Source of the DNA: Eledone cirrhosa
Taxonomy: Eukaryota
NCBI GenBank assembly: GCA_964016885.1
Contig: OZ024745.1
Span: 127,286,001-127,350,000 of the forward strand
DNA length: 64,000 nt
Reading direction: 5' to 3'
Positions 61,690-64,000 of this stretch are shown one piece after another. The first letter of the stretch is position 1. Every line of letters starts with the position of its first letter. Below the pieces are notes generated by a model, which was not told where the DNA came from, searched no databases, and saw nothing but the letters and a program-made list of their open reading frames with translations. The position numbers were made by a program, and so were the translations under genes.

Positions 61690-62340
61690 AGGAGTGATAG
61701 AAGAAGGCCATAATTTAGCTGTAGGCCACAGTTGTGATAGGGTTGTTGAGAGTTTGGCCACGATTAACATCCGCCATGGGGCAAGCAAATTTAGATGGAA
61801 GACTTTGGAAGTAGAGCTAGAAATGATAGAAAGAAAACGTAACTTGGATGTAGGCAAAGGTGATAACAGCGCTTTTGAGAATTTGGCCACGATCAGCATC
61901 TACCGGAGGCCTAGTGAATTTATATAGAGACTGTGTTAGTAGAACTAGAAGATACAGAAATACAGAAAGAGGGTGTAGGGAAATGTTACCACAGCGCTTT
62001 TGAGAGTTTGGCCACGAATAGCATCTGCCATGGGCCAAGTGAATTTAGACAGAACTCTATGGCAGTAGACCTAGAAGAGACAGAAGAGATAAAAAGACGA
62101 CATAACTTGGATTTAGGCCAAGGTTACAACAATGCTTTTGAGAATTTGGCCATTTTTAGCATCCACCGGGAGCTTAGCAAATTTCGATAGAAAACTGTGG
62201 TAGTAGAGCTACAAAAGACAGAGAGACAGAAAGAGGGTGTAGACAAAGCGCTATAAGAGACGAAAAGGCGATATAACTTAGATTTAGGCCAAAGTTACAA
62301 CAACGCTTTTGAGAGTTTGCCCACGATTAGTGTTCACCAG
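61690..62340. repeat. Degenerate tandem repeat, ~125-170 bp unit x5
   Basis: Anchor GAGA(G/A)TTTGGCCA with TTT at 61753, 61882, 62007, 62145, 62316. Confidence 0.8.
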
Positions 62341-62739
62341 CGGTTTATCCTTTTTTTTCTTTTGCAAATATCCACAACTAAGTACCGACAGAAACTACCT
62401 TAAAGGATTATATTTCTCATCTTGCCAGTTACTAACAAGTCTCAGTATATATCATCTGTTTCATAGCAACTTAGATATATATCATTGCTGCATGAATTTG
62501 CATAGCAACAATAGACAGTAAATGGCGTATTATCGCAAGTTAAATACTTATCTTCTGAACATTGATTTATTATATAAAACGTGAACGTGAGTCGAGACTT
62601 GGTGACTGAGCTCTTGCCGTTTCAGCAGCTCAGCCGTAGGGTCCCAACACTTTTATATATAATATAACTATACTCTACTATCCCAAGTATCGAGTATTCT
62701 GTTGAGTAATGCCCTAACTAGTTTAAAACTGGTTCTATC

Positions 62740-62830
<91 letters not shown>

Positions 62831-63079
62831 AGAAAAGCAGGAAAACAAACATTAAACAATTTTTTTTTTAAATTAAAAAAATGATTTAAATATTTACCCG
62901 TTCATAATGAATTGTAATACGTAATAAATTGTGTTCCGATGCATCACTGATTCTTCCTTTTCCATATTATGCCTCAGCCGGATGACTGGAAAAGGTAAGA
63001 GTAAAAGAGTATATATATATATACATATATATAAAGAGTATATATATATATATATATATATATAAAGAGTATATATATA

Positions 63080-63129
<50 letters not shown>

Positions 63130-63130
<1 letters not shown>

Positions 63131-64000
63131 TAGCAGAAGTGCCCGGCGTTGCTCGGAGTTTAATTGCTTTAAAGTACTTTTAATGATTCCACTCAATTAT
63201 GAATATTGATACATTGAAAGTAAATACGGGTAAGTTTGAAAATATACAACAACAGCATCTACTCACCATATGTCAGACCGGCAAGACTGCAGTGGTGCTG
63301 AATAGAGGAGTTACAACACCTCTATGTAGACCACATTTTTTGTTCTGCCTTTGGGCGCAAGTATGAATAAGTTCTGCTTGCATCCCACTCTTGAGCATGC
63401 GACGTATAATTGGCCGTGTGAGAAGCACGGCTGGGCTAAATGCAGGCCTGCCGTTGATAGCGTTTGGCCTTGGGACTTGTTGATTGACATCGCGAAGCAA
63501 AGTTTAACGGGGAATTGAAGTCGGCGCAGAGTACAGGGGCATTCCGTACCTGATGGAGTTAATGGCATTCTGGGTATGAAGACGTTTTCTCCAGCGCCGC
63601 AGCCCGTGAGAATTGTGGCTTCAATTACATGCGGTAGGAGGTTTCTTACCACTAACCGTGTTCCGTTGCAGAGACGTGGTGGTTCCAGGTTCCTCAACAG
63701 CATCACTGGAGTCCCAACTTTGACGCGCAGTTCATGAGGTGGCAGTCGAGAGAGGTCCAAGGAATTGAGGAATTCTGTTGGAAAATCTTCAACCTCATCT
63801 TTGTCCACCACAGATTTGTAGGTACGGAGGTTTCCAGGAATGCGTTGCAGAAGGTCCTCATTGATTTTTGCAACTGAGACATTTTTGGTAGCCAATATGG
63901 CTCTATCGCATAGCCAACTCGTGTTTTTGTAGTTGGTCGCCATATTGGAAAAGACAGAGGCTGTGAGGTCGTCAACAGTGTCGACAACGGTGCCTACTTG
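63130..64000 (-). mobile_element. Helitron 3' end encoding the C-terminal Pif1-like helicase of RepHel (runs off window)
   Basis: 3' hairpin CCGAGCAACGCCGGG and CTAG|T terminus at 63130, within (TA)n. Confidence 0.92.
63311..63943 (-). CDS. Helitron Pif1-family helicase, C-terminal part
   Basis: PPHELRVKVGTPVMLLRNL..LCNGTRL..RLQFPVKLCFAMSINKSQGQTL..FSHGQLYVACSRV. Confidence 0.88.
   Translation of the reverse strand: MATNYKNTSWLCDRAILATKNVSVAKINEDLLQRIPGNLRTYKSVVDKDEVEDFPTEFLNSLDLSRLPPHELRVKVGTPVMLLRNLEPPRLCNGTRLVVRNLLPHVIEATILTGCGAGENVFIPRMPLTPSGTECPCTLRRLQFPVKLCFAMSINKSQGQTLSTAGLHLAQPCFSHGQLYVACSRVGCKQNLFILAPKGRTKNVVYIEVL

Overview
Eukaryotic, very AT-rich and repeat-dense DNA. The SINE, LINE and microsatellite repertoire suggests an octopod cephalopod (inference). 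Two spliced + strand genes can be reconstructed by hand with GT-AG boundaries and consistent phases. AUP1 has 11 coding exons at 17735-41776; its first coding exon was not found and may lie upstream of the window. MRPL54 has 2 exons at 50905-54137 (123 aa). The rest is transposon debris: a near-intact RTE LINE (APE+RT+PHD-like finger), RTE and CRE-type fragments, a Penelope-like GIY-YIG fragment, a Helitron 3' end plus non-autonomous copies, TTAA/TA/8-bp-TSD MITEs, two tRNA-derived SINE families, and many mini- and microsatellites. Almost all long ORFs in the supplied track are repeat artefacts. The most unusual signal is a set of short palindromic elements next to (TA)n tracts that are built around hammerhead ribozyme (HHR) motifs. 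They include an intact divergent pair of minimal type I HHRs (43006-43060 minus, 43485-43539 plus), a long-stem-II variant (42696-42789), and an identical tandem pair of perfect 131-bp palindromes that keep only the GAAA-stemIII-GUC half of the core (59944-60372). The 59944 family's tail is also fused to the Penelope endonuclease fragment.
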